This document shows positions 1 through 12,900 of a stretch of DNA of 64,000 bases, piece by piece. Source of the stretch: Octopus bimaculoides (lineage: Eukaryota); assembly GCF_001194135.2 (NCBI RefSeq), contig NC_068983.1, forward strand, positions 11,206,290-11,270,289, in the 5' to 3' direction. The notes below the pieces were generated by a model. That model saw nothing but the letters and a program-made list of their open reading frames with translations. It was not told where the DNA came from and made no database searches. The position numbers and the translations under genes are program-made. Numbering within the stretch: the stretch's first letter is position 1; each line of letters begins with the position of its first letter.

Positions 1-30
1 CTTTACATCCATTTCACTATGTTTGCATCT

Positions 31-420
31 CTCTTTTACTCTTTTACTTGTTTTAGTCATTTGACTGCGGCCATGCTGGAGCACCGCCTTTAGTTGAAGA
101 AATCGCCCCCAGGACTTATTCTTTGTAAGCCTAGTACTTATTTTATCAGTCTCTTTTGCCGAACCGCTAAGTTATGGGGATGTAAACACACCAAATCGGT
201 TGTCAAGCGATGTTGGGTGGACAGACACAAACACGCACACATATATACATATACATATATACGACAGGCTTCTTTCAGTTTCCGTCTACCAAATCCACTC
301 ACAAGGCTTTGGTCGGCCCGAGGCTATAGTAGAAGACACTTGCCCAAGGTGCCACGCAGTGGGACTGAACCCGGAACCATGTGGTTGGTAAGCAAGCTAC
401 TTACCACACAGCCACTCCTG
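31..420 (-). mobile_element. Family A tRNA-derived SINE (CORE-like motif, central microsatellite)
   Basis: Minus strand has A/B-box-like GGCTGTGTGGTAAG and GGTTCAGTCCC, then GCACCTTGGGCAAGTG; resembles described octopus CORE-SINEs (recalled). Confidence 0.8.
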
Positions 421-1214
421 TGCCGTCGTTGATAAATCTTTAAGAAAGAAAACCTGAATGGTTGTGGTGATGTAATGCTTATTGATTGTGAAACATAGAA
501 GTATTGAGTAAGTGGCTCTGTGCCTTACCAACTCAGCCAAAAACTATAAGAGCTAAGTGGACAGATAGCTGTGATCTGGGAAATCTCAAATCTTCAAATA
601 TCAGTATTCAGTAAGCATAGTTAGTGGTTGACCACCCTCAAATACGTTCTGTTATAGATGAATGTTGCTAAACTGGCATTTGTAAACAAGGAAGATTGAG
701 AAAGCTGTTATAATCCATACAACTTAATGTGACTAATGATGTCATTCTGTACAACTTTCTAAGACAATCATCTTAGTCACCCTTCATTCACAACTAAGTC
801 CCTGCCATATCTCTGCTTTTATTTTCATTTATGTGCTGTTTGAACACAGGATGTGGGCATGGCTAAATGGTTCATAAGTTCACTTTGCAATCATAATGGT
901 CATGGGTTCAATCCACAGAGGGCCATCTTGGGCAAGTGTCTTTTAGCATTGTTGTGTGTCAACCCATGCCTGGTAAGTGAAACTGGGCAGACAGAAACTT
1001 GTGTGCAAGCTCATTGGATTGATTGTACCTGTGAGTCAAAATCCAACCTTGTCATGCTGAATTGGTCTGAAAAAGATGCTAAAGGTACTTGTATCTATGG
1101 AATACTCAGTCGCTTGGACATTAATGCAATAAGTAGGTAATTCATTTGATTAAACAATTGAATGTTCACCATCAAAACAGTTGGGAAATCCTTCACATGA
1201 GCACACATGAACTG

Positions 1215-1400
1215 GGCATACTGAATATTGGATGAAAAAGTGTCATGTGATCTTGCTGGGAGGGTCCCCAAAGAAGTGGAAGGCCAATGAAAATGTGAGA
1301 AAGAGTGGGGTCAGATCTCAGACCCCTCTGGGATTTACTGAAGAAAAGATGCAAGATGAAGTTAACTGGTAATATAATGTGCTGCTGATCCGCCCAACAC
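1215..1400 (+). mobile_element. Old RTE ORF C-terminal remnant
   Basis: ...LGFTEEKMQDEVNW*YNVL resembles the RTE C-terminal motif. Confidence 0.4.
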
Positions 1401-1510
1401 GTCTGACTTTTATCTGTACTTAATTCAATCAGTTATACCTCACTTATAATTTGTGTTCTTGTACAATTAAGAAAAACATTGTTGTTTTTACCTCTAGTTC
1501 TATTAATGAT

Positions 1511-1935
1511 ATGGCACCTGTGCGTGATCGTTTCCAGAGCAGTCTGGCTTCCGTGCCAGTGGCACGTAAATAGCACCATTTGAGCGTGATCATTACCAGC
1601 GTCGCCTTCCTGGCACTTGTGCCGGTGGCACGTGAAAAGACATTCGAGCGAGGTCGTTGCCAGTGCCGCTGGACTGGCTCCTGTGCAGGTGGAACATAAA
1701 ATACACTATTTCGAGCGTGGCCGTTGCCAGTACTGCCTGACTGGCCTTTGTGCCGGTGGTACGTAAAAGCACCCACTACACTCTCGGAGTGGTTGGCGTT
1801 AGGAAGGGCATTCAGCTGTAGAAGCTCTGCCAAATCAGATTGGAGCCTGGTGTAGCCATCTGGTTTCACCAGTCCTCAGTCAAATCGTCCAACCCATGCT
1901 AGCATGGAAAGTGGAAGTTAAACGATGATGATGAT
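1511..1935 (+). mobile_element. Family C repeat (RTE 3' region)
   Basis: Four ~63-nt units, GGTTGGCGTTAGGAAGGGCAT domain, CCATGCTAGCATGG palindrome, (GAT)n. Confidence 0.85.
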
Positions 1936-2503
1936 ATATATATCTCATCATCGTCATCATTTAATGTCCCTTTTTCCATACTGGCATAGGTGAATAGTTC
2001 AACAGGAATCAACAAGGACTACATCAGGCTCCAAAGTCTGCTTCAGTGTGGGTTTTACAGCTAGGTACCCCTCATAATGCCAACCTCTTTGCAGAGTGTA
2101 CTGGGTACTTTGTGTGTGTGTGTGTATGTGTGGCACTAACACTTGTGAGATCACCAAGAACTCTCTAAACAAGACCTCTCAACTGAGTGAGCAAAATATG
2201 TGTGTGTGAGTGTTTAGAAGGAGGGAGAAGGAGGCCAGTCCCATTATGCATGGATATTATATATAGAGACTGTTAATTTTAGTTTAATTCATTGATGCAT
2301 CCAAGGCTAGATATCATGGTTAAGGTATTCATTTTGATTCTGTACTTCACTTACCAACAAGAGCTAGTTAAACCGATTGACATCTTATCTGCCAATTTCA
2401 GATTGAACCTGTTTTCTGATTTGTGAAATCTTAAAGCCATACTCGATTCATTGTCATAAACTGTTTGGATTTGTACTGAAAATGTTTTATTTTCATTTTG
2501 TAG

Positions 2504-2629
2504 GTACCATGTTTTGTGTACAGGAATGTCAATGAAATGATGTTCAAACTAATGGAACTGAACAATTTATCATTGTATTTTGATACAAATGTGCAGTTAA
2601 TTGGGGATTTACCTATGGCAAAAATTGTG
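2504..2629 (+). CDS. VPS13D: VPS13D exon w1 (phase 0-0)
   Basis: ttttgtag|...|gtaaga; VPCFVYRNVNEMMFKLMELNNLSLYFDTNVQLIGDLPMAKIV, resembles FSIYWDVDCTLLGDLP. Confidence 0.85.
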
Positions 2630-4545
2630 GTAAGATGGTTTTGCTAAACTCTTATTTCGTTTGTAGTTCTTTAAACATTTAACAAAAATAATTTCATTGT
2701 TGATCTTAGATACAATAGTTTTGCTTTATGTTACTACTGTTTGATTTTTCTGTAAATAACCATCATCATCATCATCATTTAACATCTGATTTTCATGCTG
2801 GCATGGGTTGGACAGTTTGACTGAAAACAGGTAAGCCGGGGTTGTTGCACCAGGTTCCGATCTGATTTGGCAAGGTCTACAGCTGGATGCCCTTCCTAAC
2901 GTTAACCACTCCGAATGTGTTGAGTGTTTTTGAAATGCTACCAGCACAGGTGCCATTGACCGGACACAGGCATTGGTCACAACTATGGGCTCTAGACCTT
3001 GCTTCCACACCTGAAACTTCTTCTCTAGTTCTTGTAGTGATTCAGCTATAAGAACAAGGTTATCAGCATAGAGGAGCTCCCAAGGGCAGCCCATCTTGAA
3101 TTCCTGTTATTGCCTGGAGGACTATGATGAACAAGAGGGGGCTGAGGACTGATCCTTAGTGAACCCCTACTTGTACCCTGAATCCTTCACTATACTCGTT
3201 GCCAACTCTCACTTTACTGACAGCATCCCTGTACATGGCTTGTACAGCTCTCACCAACCACTTGTCTATCCCTAGTTTCCACATTGACCACCAGATAAGG
3301 GATCGGGGAACCAGGTCAAAGGCTTTTTCTATGTCAACAAAAGCCAAATACAGAGGTTTATCTTTGGCTAGGTATTTCTCCTGCAGCTGTCTTACCAGAA
3401 ATATAGCATCAGTGGCGCTTCTCCCTGGCACAAAGCCAAACTGTGTCTCATCTAAACTAACTCTCTCTCTAACTAGTTGGGCTATGACCCTCTCCTTGAC
3501 TTTCATCACCTGATCCCACAATTTGATACCAGAGAGGTTTTTTTCCTATGCTTTTAGTATATTTTATTGTGAATTGTAACTATGTGAATTCAGAGGGTAC
3601 TAGTCCTTTGGTTAAAACATAGTTTGTTCTTGTCACCTGACCTATAATATGTTATCCCCTGTACCAAAGATACTCCCTCCCAAGTTTACTTGATTGCAAA
3701 TACATGCCATAGAGAGGTTCAGTTTATTGTTGTAACCTATGAAGGATATTGTATTAAGTACCCAAGGGATTTGGAAGAATGGCTGGTCTTTAATGGCATT
3801 GGTTTTGATGTGTGCAGGAGAGTGAACTACATTGATACAAACTTATAATGTAAATGAATGATGGATGAAAAGAGTGTTATATGCTGCCCTGTTGAAGTAT
3901 CTGTTGTTGAGCTTTTAAACTGAGGAAGACATGGGAAAGTAATGATAGATCTTGGGGTGTTGGGTCTTGTAGATGATATATGCAGGAATGAGACAAAAGT
4001 ATGGTGTACTGCAGACTCACCCAATTCGTAATAGTTAGAAGAATGGGATGTTGCAATGTTCATTGTGGTGGTGGCATCAGCAGTTTCCAGCATTTGGTTA
4101 ATACAGACTTTCTGTTTTATTTACAGTCATTATTACAAGGTGGAACAAGTCTGCGAGATGGATTTGATGTAAGTAACACTATTTTTTCGTTCATATTCTT
4201 AATTCCATTTCTTTGACTTCTCTCCAGGAATTATTGTCATGTATTCCTAACAGTTTCTATTTATTGTAGATTAAAGGGTAAAAAGTTTTTTTACTGACTT
4301 CACTATTCATTGTGTATTAATATTTCAACCAGATCTGAAATAAAAAAACAAAAAGAACTAAAACAAAGATGATGTGTTGTAAAAGACATAACTATATGAT
4401 CTTTAGTTAATACTATATCATTCCAACGGTTTTGCTTGTTTTTACTTCCCTATATGTGTGTATGTGTGTATGTTGGTAAGAAACTATTGACATCATGGAT
4501 TTAATTATTGGGATTCTAAAATTAGATTTAATTATGTAGCTACCA

Positions 4546-4578
<33 letters not shown>

Positions 4579-4663
4579 ATGAATTTGACTGACACACTTA
4601 ATCATAAGAATGTTTTGAGCTCTTTCTTTACACACACAAACCACAATACATATGCATTGTATG

Positions 4664-4695
<32 letters not shown>

Positions 4696-5025
4696 GAGGC
4701 ACAATGGCCCAGTGGTTAGGGTAGCTGACTCGCAGTCGGAGGATAGCAGTTTCGATTCCCAGACCAGGTGTTGTGAGTGTTTATTGAGCGAAAACACCTA
4801 AAACACCACAAGGCTCCGGCAGGGGGTGGTGGTGACCCCTGTTATACTCTTTCACCCCAACTTTCTCTCACTCTTTCTTCCTGTTTCTTGAGTAAAGTTG
4901 CGATGGACTGGCATCCCGTCCAGCTGGGGGGGGGGGGCATACACCATAGAAACCTTTAAAAGGGCAGATAAATAAATATATATATATATTAATGTCTGCG
5001 TTTCACTCCACATGTATTATGTGTG

Positions 5026-5063
<38 letters not shown>

Positions 5064-5326
5064 TACAGACACACATTGTTTTCATGTCAAGTTATACATA
5101 AATATAATTTAATATTAATTTGAACGAATGACTCAGTATTTTTTAGTAGAACATACACTTATCTTTGGAAGGAAAAGGTTGACAGTGACCTTCAAGTGTC
5201 AGCTTGCTAACTGTTGTCATAATAAACCATGACTTTGTAATCACTGTCAACTTTTTATTGTACAGTCTGTTGCTCCTCTCTCTCTCTTGCTGTGTGTGTA
5301 TGTATATATATATATATATGTGTGTG

Positions 5327-5384
<58 letters not shown>

Positions 5385-7259
5385 TGTCTTTTGGAACAAA
5401 CAGAAGGAATAGAACTCAGTGTGTGTGTATGTGTGTCCACACATCTCTTTCTTCTCTCACTTTCCATGTAGTGAAGGCATGTGTTTACTTCTTCAAATCA
5501 CCTTCTCCTCTGCCTCGATCAGTTTCTTTCTCTGGTCTATATCCTGTTCAGTTGAGGCGGCGGGGGTCTTCTTGTGCATGTACTTGGCAACCTCATTGGT
5601 GCTGTTGCTATGTAAAAAAAGCACTCAGTACACTCTGATAAGTGGTTGATGTTAGGAAGAATATCCAACTGCAGAAACCATGGCAGAGTAGCAGAAACGT
5701 TAGCACGCTGGGCGAAATGCTTAGCGGTATTTCCTCAGCCGTTACATTCTGAGTTCAAATTTGGCCGAGGTCGACTTAGCCTTTCATCCTTTCGGGTTCA
5801 ATAAATAAAGTACCAGTTATGCACTGGGTTCAATGTAATCAACTTAATCCCTTTGTCTGTCCTTGTTTGTCCCCTCTGTGTGTAGCCTCTTGTGGGTAAT
5901 AAAGAAATAAGAAACCATGGCAGAGTAGGCACGGAACCTGATGGTACCTTCTGGCTTGTCTATTCTTGTCAAACTGTTTAACCCATGCCAGGATGGAAAA
6001 AGAGACATTTAATAATAATGACTATGACCCTCCACCTCTTCATCATCCTCATCATCATCCTCATCCTCATCACCATCATCCTCCTCATCACCATCATCCT
6101 CCTCATCATACTTTAACATCTGTTTTCCATGCTGACATGGGTTGGACAGTTTGACTGGAGCTGGCAAGGCAGAGAGCTGCACAGTTTCCAGTCTGGTTTG
6201 GCTTGGTTTCTATGGCTGAATGCCTTTCCTAATGCCAACCACTTTACAGTGTTTGCTGGGTGCTTAAGCAATCCAAAGATTGTGAGTTTTGTGCTTTGCA
6301 CTTATTAAGGTTTCATGATATGTAGTGTGTCTGCGTGTTTATGAAGTTTGCTTCACAATCACCCATAATTTTGGATATGATCCCACAGACTGGCATCACG
6401 AACAAATGTCTTCTCAGACTGACCAATACTTTGTGAATAGAATTGGTAGATTAAAAACTGTATAGAAGCCCTTCTCATATAGACATTTCTTTGTTTTTTT
6501 TTCTTAATCTTTGAGTCAGGATGGAAGGCTATGACCTATTACAAGGTCTCTGAAGCTCTTAGATGAAAATGAGGAAAGTATCCTCAAACTGGAAGCCTGA
6601 CCTATATTCTTGCAACATATGGTGGTTTTAAAACTGCGTGATAAATTAAGTCGGCCAATATGTGAATATTGATTTTTACATGTCTTCATTCATACCAGAT
6701 GAGCAAAAGCAATGATAATACAGTTCTATATTTAAGAGATAAGGAATTATGTACATTATTTACATTTGACGGATATTTGTACTCATCTTGTTTGTTGTTA
6801 ACACAGCGTTTCGGCTGATATACTCTCCAGCCTTCATCAGGTGTCTTGGGGAAATTTCGAACTTGGGTTCTCATTCCTAAGTGGAGTAATAATCTCCCAG
6901 TCTGCTGAATAACAAGTAGCCAGCTGTTGCTGGTAAATGTAATTGGCATCCGTGCCAGTGGCACGTAAGAAGCACCCATAACACTCTTGGAGTGATTGGC
7001 ATTAGGAAGACCATCCAGCTGTAGAATCAGCCTGGAACCTGATGCAGCCCTCCGGCTTACCAGTTCCAGTCAAACCGTCTAACCTATACCAGCATGGAAA
7101 TGCAGACATTAAATGATGATGATGATGATATAAATATAAAATGTTAATTGATATGGTTTTCCCATAAATATGGCTTACGTATACATACAAATTTTTAGAT
7201 ATGAATATTAGAATTTACATAGCATTTTTATTCATATATACATTCACACAAATATCAAT

Positions 7260-7294
<35 letters not shown>

Positions 7295-9935
7295 GCAAAA
7301 TAGAAATACTTGAGCAACAGGAAAAAAAAGTAGATCCAAATATTCATAGAATATTTGGGTGGAATGTTTTCTATTCTAGTTATTATTTTGCCTTTTCCCT
7401 GCCTAATATTATTCTTAGATACTTTACCTGATACATTCATAATGAAGTCTTTCTCTTTTTTTTTTTTTATTTGTTAACCTTTGATAGTTAACCTGTATTA
7501 CTGTGAAATATATTCAGAAGTAATTTTCATTGTTTTAGATTAGATTTTATCTTTTCTAATCTGTTCTGTTATTCTCAGTAATGTTTTCGCATAGGAGAAA
7601 AGAACTGGGGAATGAATTTAGCGAGCTTATAAAGTGGCAGTAGAATGGAACAAGTGTTGTTGTTGTTGTTGGCACTCCCGTCGCTTACGACGTTGAGGGT
7701 TTCAGTTGATCCGATCAACGGAACAGCCTGCTCGTGAAATTAACGTGCAAGTGGCTGAGCACTCCACAGACACGTGTACCCTTAACGTAGTTCTCGGGGA
7801 TATTCAGCGTGACACAGTGTGACAAGGCTGACCCTTTGAATTACAGGCACAACAGAAACAGAAAGTGAGAGTGAGAGAAAGTTGTGGTGAAAGAGTACAG
7901 CAGGGTTCACCACCATCCACTGCCGGAGCCACCTGGAGCTTTAGGTGTTTTCGCTCAATAAACACTCACAACGCCCGGTCTGGGAATCGAAACCGCGATC
8001 CTANNNNNNNNNNNNNNNNNNNNNNNNNNNNNNNNNNNNNNNNNNNNNNNNNNNNNNNNNNNNNNNNNNNNNNNNNNNNNNNNNNNNNNNNNNNNNNNNN
8101 NNNNNNNNNNNNNNNNNNNNNNNNNNNNNNNNNNNNNNNNNNNNNNNNNNNNNNNNNNNNNNNNNNNNNNNNNNNNNNNNNNNNNNNNNNNNNNNNNNNN
8201 NNNNNNNNNNNNNNNNNNNNNNNNNNNNNNNNNNNNNNNNNNNNNNNNNNNNNNNNNNNNNNNNNNNNNNNNNNNNNNNNNNNNNNNNNNNNNNNNNNNN
8301 NNNNNNNNNNNNNNNNNNNNNNNNNNNNNNNNNNNNNNNNNNNNNNNNNNNNNNNNNNNNNNNNNNNNNNNNNNNNNNNNNNNNNNNNNNNNNNNNNNNN
8401 NNNNNNNNNNNNNNNNNNNNNNNNNNNNNNNNNNNNNNNNNNNNNNNNNNNNNNNNNNNNNNNNNNNNNNNNNNNNNNNNNNNNNNNNNNNNNNNNNNNN
8501 NNNNNNNNNNNNNNNNNNNNNNNNNNNNNNNNNNNNNNNNNNNNNNNNNNNNNNNNNNNNNNNNNNNNNNNNNNNNNNNNNNNNNNNNNNNNNNNNNNNN
8601 NNNNNNNNNNNNNNNNNNNNNNNNNNNNNNNNNNNNNNNNNNNNNNNNNNNNNNNNNNNNNNNNNNNNNNNNNNNNNNNNNNNNNNNNNNNNNNNNNNNN
8701 NNNNNNNNNNNNNNNNNNNNNNNNNNNNNNNNNNNNNNNNNNNNNNNNNNNNNNNNNNNNNNNNNNNNNNNNNNNNNNNNNNNNNNNNNNNNNNNNNNNN
8801 NNNNNNNNNNNNNNNNNNNNNNNNNNNNNNNNNNNNNNNNNNNNNNNNNNNNNNNNNNNNNNNNNNNNNNNNNNNNNNNNNNNNNNNNNNNNNNNNNNNN
8901 NACTGATACCTTGTTTGAAGATCTGCTGGTCAATGTCTGCAGGAAAAACATGGACAAGGAATTAAATACCTGAAATAATATGAAACCTACTTAATCCATT
9001 TTCCTGTCCAAAGTATTTTCATAAGTTTGTCCTAAGTGTTCATGCTTGCGTTCAGAGTTTTAGTTAACCCTTGCTTCATATGTTCTGAGTAATATAAAGT
9101 GTTCATTTCATAAGTTCCAAGCTACTCCTGTGGTTGAAAAGATTAGAGATGTGTATCATATATGATGCTGTGTCTAAACAGCAATATAACTGTGTTCTAT
9201 ATTAATTCCTGCTTGATTGTAATTTATTATTGTCCAGCTCATGCCAGCATGGAAAATGGATGTTAAATGTTGATGATAATATTTTTTTTCTTTTTTTGCC
9301 ATTAACAGATTCATGATTATGTGTTATCTCCAACAAATGCTCGTTCAAGAATTAAAAGAAACACAAGTGAGTTGCCACTGACTTCAGCTAGCACACCACG
9401 GCTGAGTACAGATATCACTATCGAAGAACTTGCTGTGTCCCTTTCCAACATCCAATATAAATATCTTGTCTACTGGACTAGAGAACTTGACAAGCAGGAC
9501 AGACTTTACCGTTGTCTCAAATGGAGGCCAGATGTTAGTTGTGCCGAGAAGTAAGTATAAAGATTATATTTTTTTGTTAGATTTTCAATATTCGTTATGA
9601 TTTAAAATAAAAAAATTTTTTTAATACAAGTTAGTGGAGGGAACTGTGACTGACATATTCAACCCAGCACGAACATCTGTAAGAAAAGTATGAAGAGAAT
9701 AGTCAAGTTGGTACTCTTTTACTCTTTTACTTATTTCAGTCATTTGACTGTGGCCATGCAGGAGCACCGCCTTTAGTCGAGCAAATCGACCCCAGGACTT
9801 ATTCTTTGTAAGCCTAGTACTTATTCTATCGGTCTCTTTTGCCGAACCGCTAATTTAATGGGACGTAAACACACCAGCATCAGTTGTCAAGCGATGTTGG
9901 TGGGGACAAACACACAAACATATACACACACATGC

Positions 9936-9992
<57 letters not shown>

Positions 9993-12900
9993 CACACACG
10001 ACGGGCTTCTTTCAGTTTCCGTCTACCAAATCCACTCACAAGGTTTTGGTCGGCCTGAGGCTATAGTGGAAGACACTTGCCCAAGGTGCCACGCAGTGGG
10101 ACTGAACCAGGAACCATGTGGTTGGTAAGCAAGCTTGCAATAGATTCAACTCTACTAAAAGCACCCAAGGACCAAATTGTTAGTTCTAAGGTCAGATTTA
10201 AGAGGCAAATGGAGATAAGCTCTCTGTGTTTTTAGGTCTGCTTTGAGTGGGCTTGAGGAATATTTGAGCCAGTTTATTGCGGATAATGTTCAGTTTAAAT
10301 TGTCAGTCTGTTTACTTCCCCATTACTTAGTGGTTTGGCAAAAAAGACTGATAGAATGAAAACCAAACTTTAAAAAAAAAATAAGAAGTACTGGGGTACT
10401 ATTTGATTAAACTCTCAAAGGTGGTCCCCCAATATAGCTGCAGTCTGATGGCTGAAACATGCAGAAGATAAAAAATAGTGATTGGGCCAGAAAATTCAGA
10501 GAAGCAGAGGAAGTGGAAGATGAAAAGAATATATGACAGTGTCAATGAATCCCTTTTTTTTGTTTTTGTAAAATTTGTTAGGATTTGTTTGTTTTTATTT
10601 TATTAAAAAAAAACGTAATTTTTTTTTGCTTTTTTTCAGTCCAAGGCGCTGGTGGGACTATGCTATCACTGCTTATTTGTTCTTCATAAATGGTCGACAA
10701 CGTGACTTCTCGGTGAAAAGGTCTGTACAGAGAGCACGGGATTTGGTGGACTATTACAAAGCATATTGTGCATACTTGACACAGACTAACACAGCCACAA
10801 TGATAGTAAGTAGGGCTTCCTTGACACATTTGCACAATGATAAATCAAACATATAATTCATAATTCAATTTTCAAGAGAAGCCCATAATATTTTAAATGT
10901 ATTTTATTTGTTTTTTTTTAATCATGAATAAAGAAAATCTTATTTGTTTTTATGGAAGTGAGATCAATCATCATCATCATCATCATCATCGTTTAACATC
11001 TGTTTTCCATGCTAGCATGGGTTGAACAGTTCGACTGGGGTCTGGGAAGCCAGGAGGCTGCACCAGGCTCCAGTCTGATTGGCCAGTGTTTCTACAGCTG
11101 GATGCCGTTCCTAACACCAACCACTCCATGAGTGTAGTGGGTGCTTTTTACGTGCCACTAGCACAGGGGCCAGAGGAGGCTGGTAGCAGTCACGATCGGT
11201 TGGTGCTTTTTACGTGCCACCGGCAAGGGTATCACACCTACAATTTCCATAATTATCAGTATTATGAACTTTACTGTTTTCCCCTTAAATTTGACATATT
11301 CATCCATCAAAACTTGCTTCAGCTGTTGCTGCACTTATTTTCCCCGTAAGGCTCAGTTAACACAATTCCTTGGTCTGTGAAGTGGAACTTCTGGAGGTTA
11401 ATCTAACTACCCAATGATCAGGGAACTACCGCGAATATTTTTATTTTGCCTCTTATCGATTGGTATGCCAGTGTTAGCAAATGATGGACAGAATCAGTCT
11501 GTAGAACGTGGTCTTCAGATTAGTGTGTCAGTTCTACCACAAGAAAAAGCTGCTCATAATAGGCATTTCTAATGGTGATAATGCTTGGTGGCTAACATCA
11601 ACATGATACAGTGACTTGAGTATTTGAGGCATCCACCCAAACAGCCAGCCACTTGTGAACTGCTCTGATAACACTTTACACACTATATATGTAATTCTAA
11701 ATAGTGATATGCATTCTTGTTATTTTTCTAATCAGTGGGATGTTGTATTTATGTGTGTGCGTGCATGCTTGCTTGCTACTTCCAAAGTCAGAACAATTTT
11801 GGATGGGTACCATGTATCTGTATATTATCTTTATTCTGAACTGTTCTTTCTAAAAACCTAGGAATTGAAATTATTTCCAAGTTATTCAGTTTGCCTGTTT
11901 TTTTCGTTACAAATTGATTTTAGTTTTATAGATTTATTGACGTTTCTAACATTCAATATATAAAAGCTAATTTGGTGGATGATATTGACTTTACAAAGAA
12001 TGTAAGGGCCTCTATTCTCTCATACAGATGAATAAAGAATTAAATTTACATTTGAAGATTATATGCCAGTACAATATCTAACAATATAATAAGCATTATA
12101 ATGATTCATTTTCGCAATATTCATTCTTCTTACTCACAATCGTTTCAGCAACACCAAAAGAAAATGGAAGATGAGTTAAATATTGAAGAAATTAAAACCA
12201 TTCGGTTACTAGCATTTGACAAAGTTAACAAAGACATGAAGGAGGAAATTACCAAGGTAATGGAAAATATCAAGAATGTTTCTCTAACTGCAGTAATCAG
12301 CTAAAACTCTGTTCAGTTTTCAGTACTTGCTTTTGTTCAAAATGCCTTCCTTAATAATTAGGTTAATGAATTATCCATGTCATAATAATTCTTATTATTT
12401 TTAAATTTTGTTACAAGGGATATCAGTGAATCTCTTTTATTCAGTATACCATAATGCCCTTGTAACTAAGAATACCATTTCATGTCTCAGCTGCTCATTT
12501 TTCACTACATGAAACCACCCAGATAACGAGAAATGGCACTGGACTTATCTGTATTCAGCTCTTCTCTGACCGATAATTGTATCTGCTTTTCTCTCCAGAT
12601 GCCTACAGGAGAACGGTTGCATCAGATCTGTTCACACCCTATATTCTACCTTCACCCTTTTGGTCTCACCAGCCATCACACTCTATTTACCAGACCACTT
12701 GTTATTGTCATCTATCACTTTCTCCTATCCTCACCCATCCCTGTTATTTTCCATCACAATCTCAACTACATTCAGCAGCAAATATGGAGCTATAATCACT
12801 GTTTCTCTTCGATCACCTCTTCCTACTCTGTATCTCTCTTTATACTCCTGCTACCTTCATCTACCCTGGTTCATCATCTGTCATTGTTTTCTTGCCTCTT

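Noticed and set aside
1511-1790. Repeat/variable-segment units resembling a CRISPR array
   Set aside because: The variable parts are homologous to each other and recur in the same order in many dispersed copies. There are no cas genes, and the context is a eukaryotic intron.
3560-4093. Minus-strand ORF 3827-4093 as a possible Penelope or other TE coding remnant
   Set aside because: No convincing motif in any frame by eye; would need a translated HMM search.
5143-5649. ORFs rich in YIYI, CVCV or HTHT, and the His/Pro-rich ORF 5966-6154
   Set aside because: Translations of microsatellites and low-complexity tracts.
7865-8973. Long ORFs in the supplied track here and at 17222-18135 and 59065-60057
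   Set aside because: They are open only because they cross N runs.
8902-8973. TDTLFEDLLVNVCRKNMDKELNT as a possible VPS13D exon end
   Set aside because: No suitable donor before the stop, and the homologous peptide is already supplied by exons w1 and w2.
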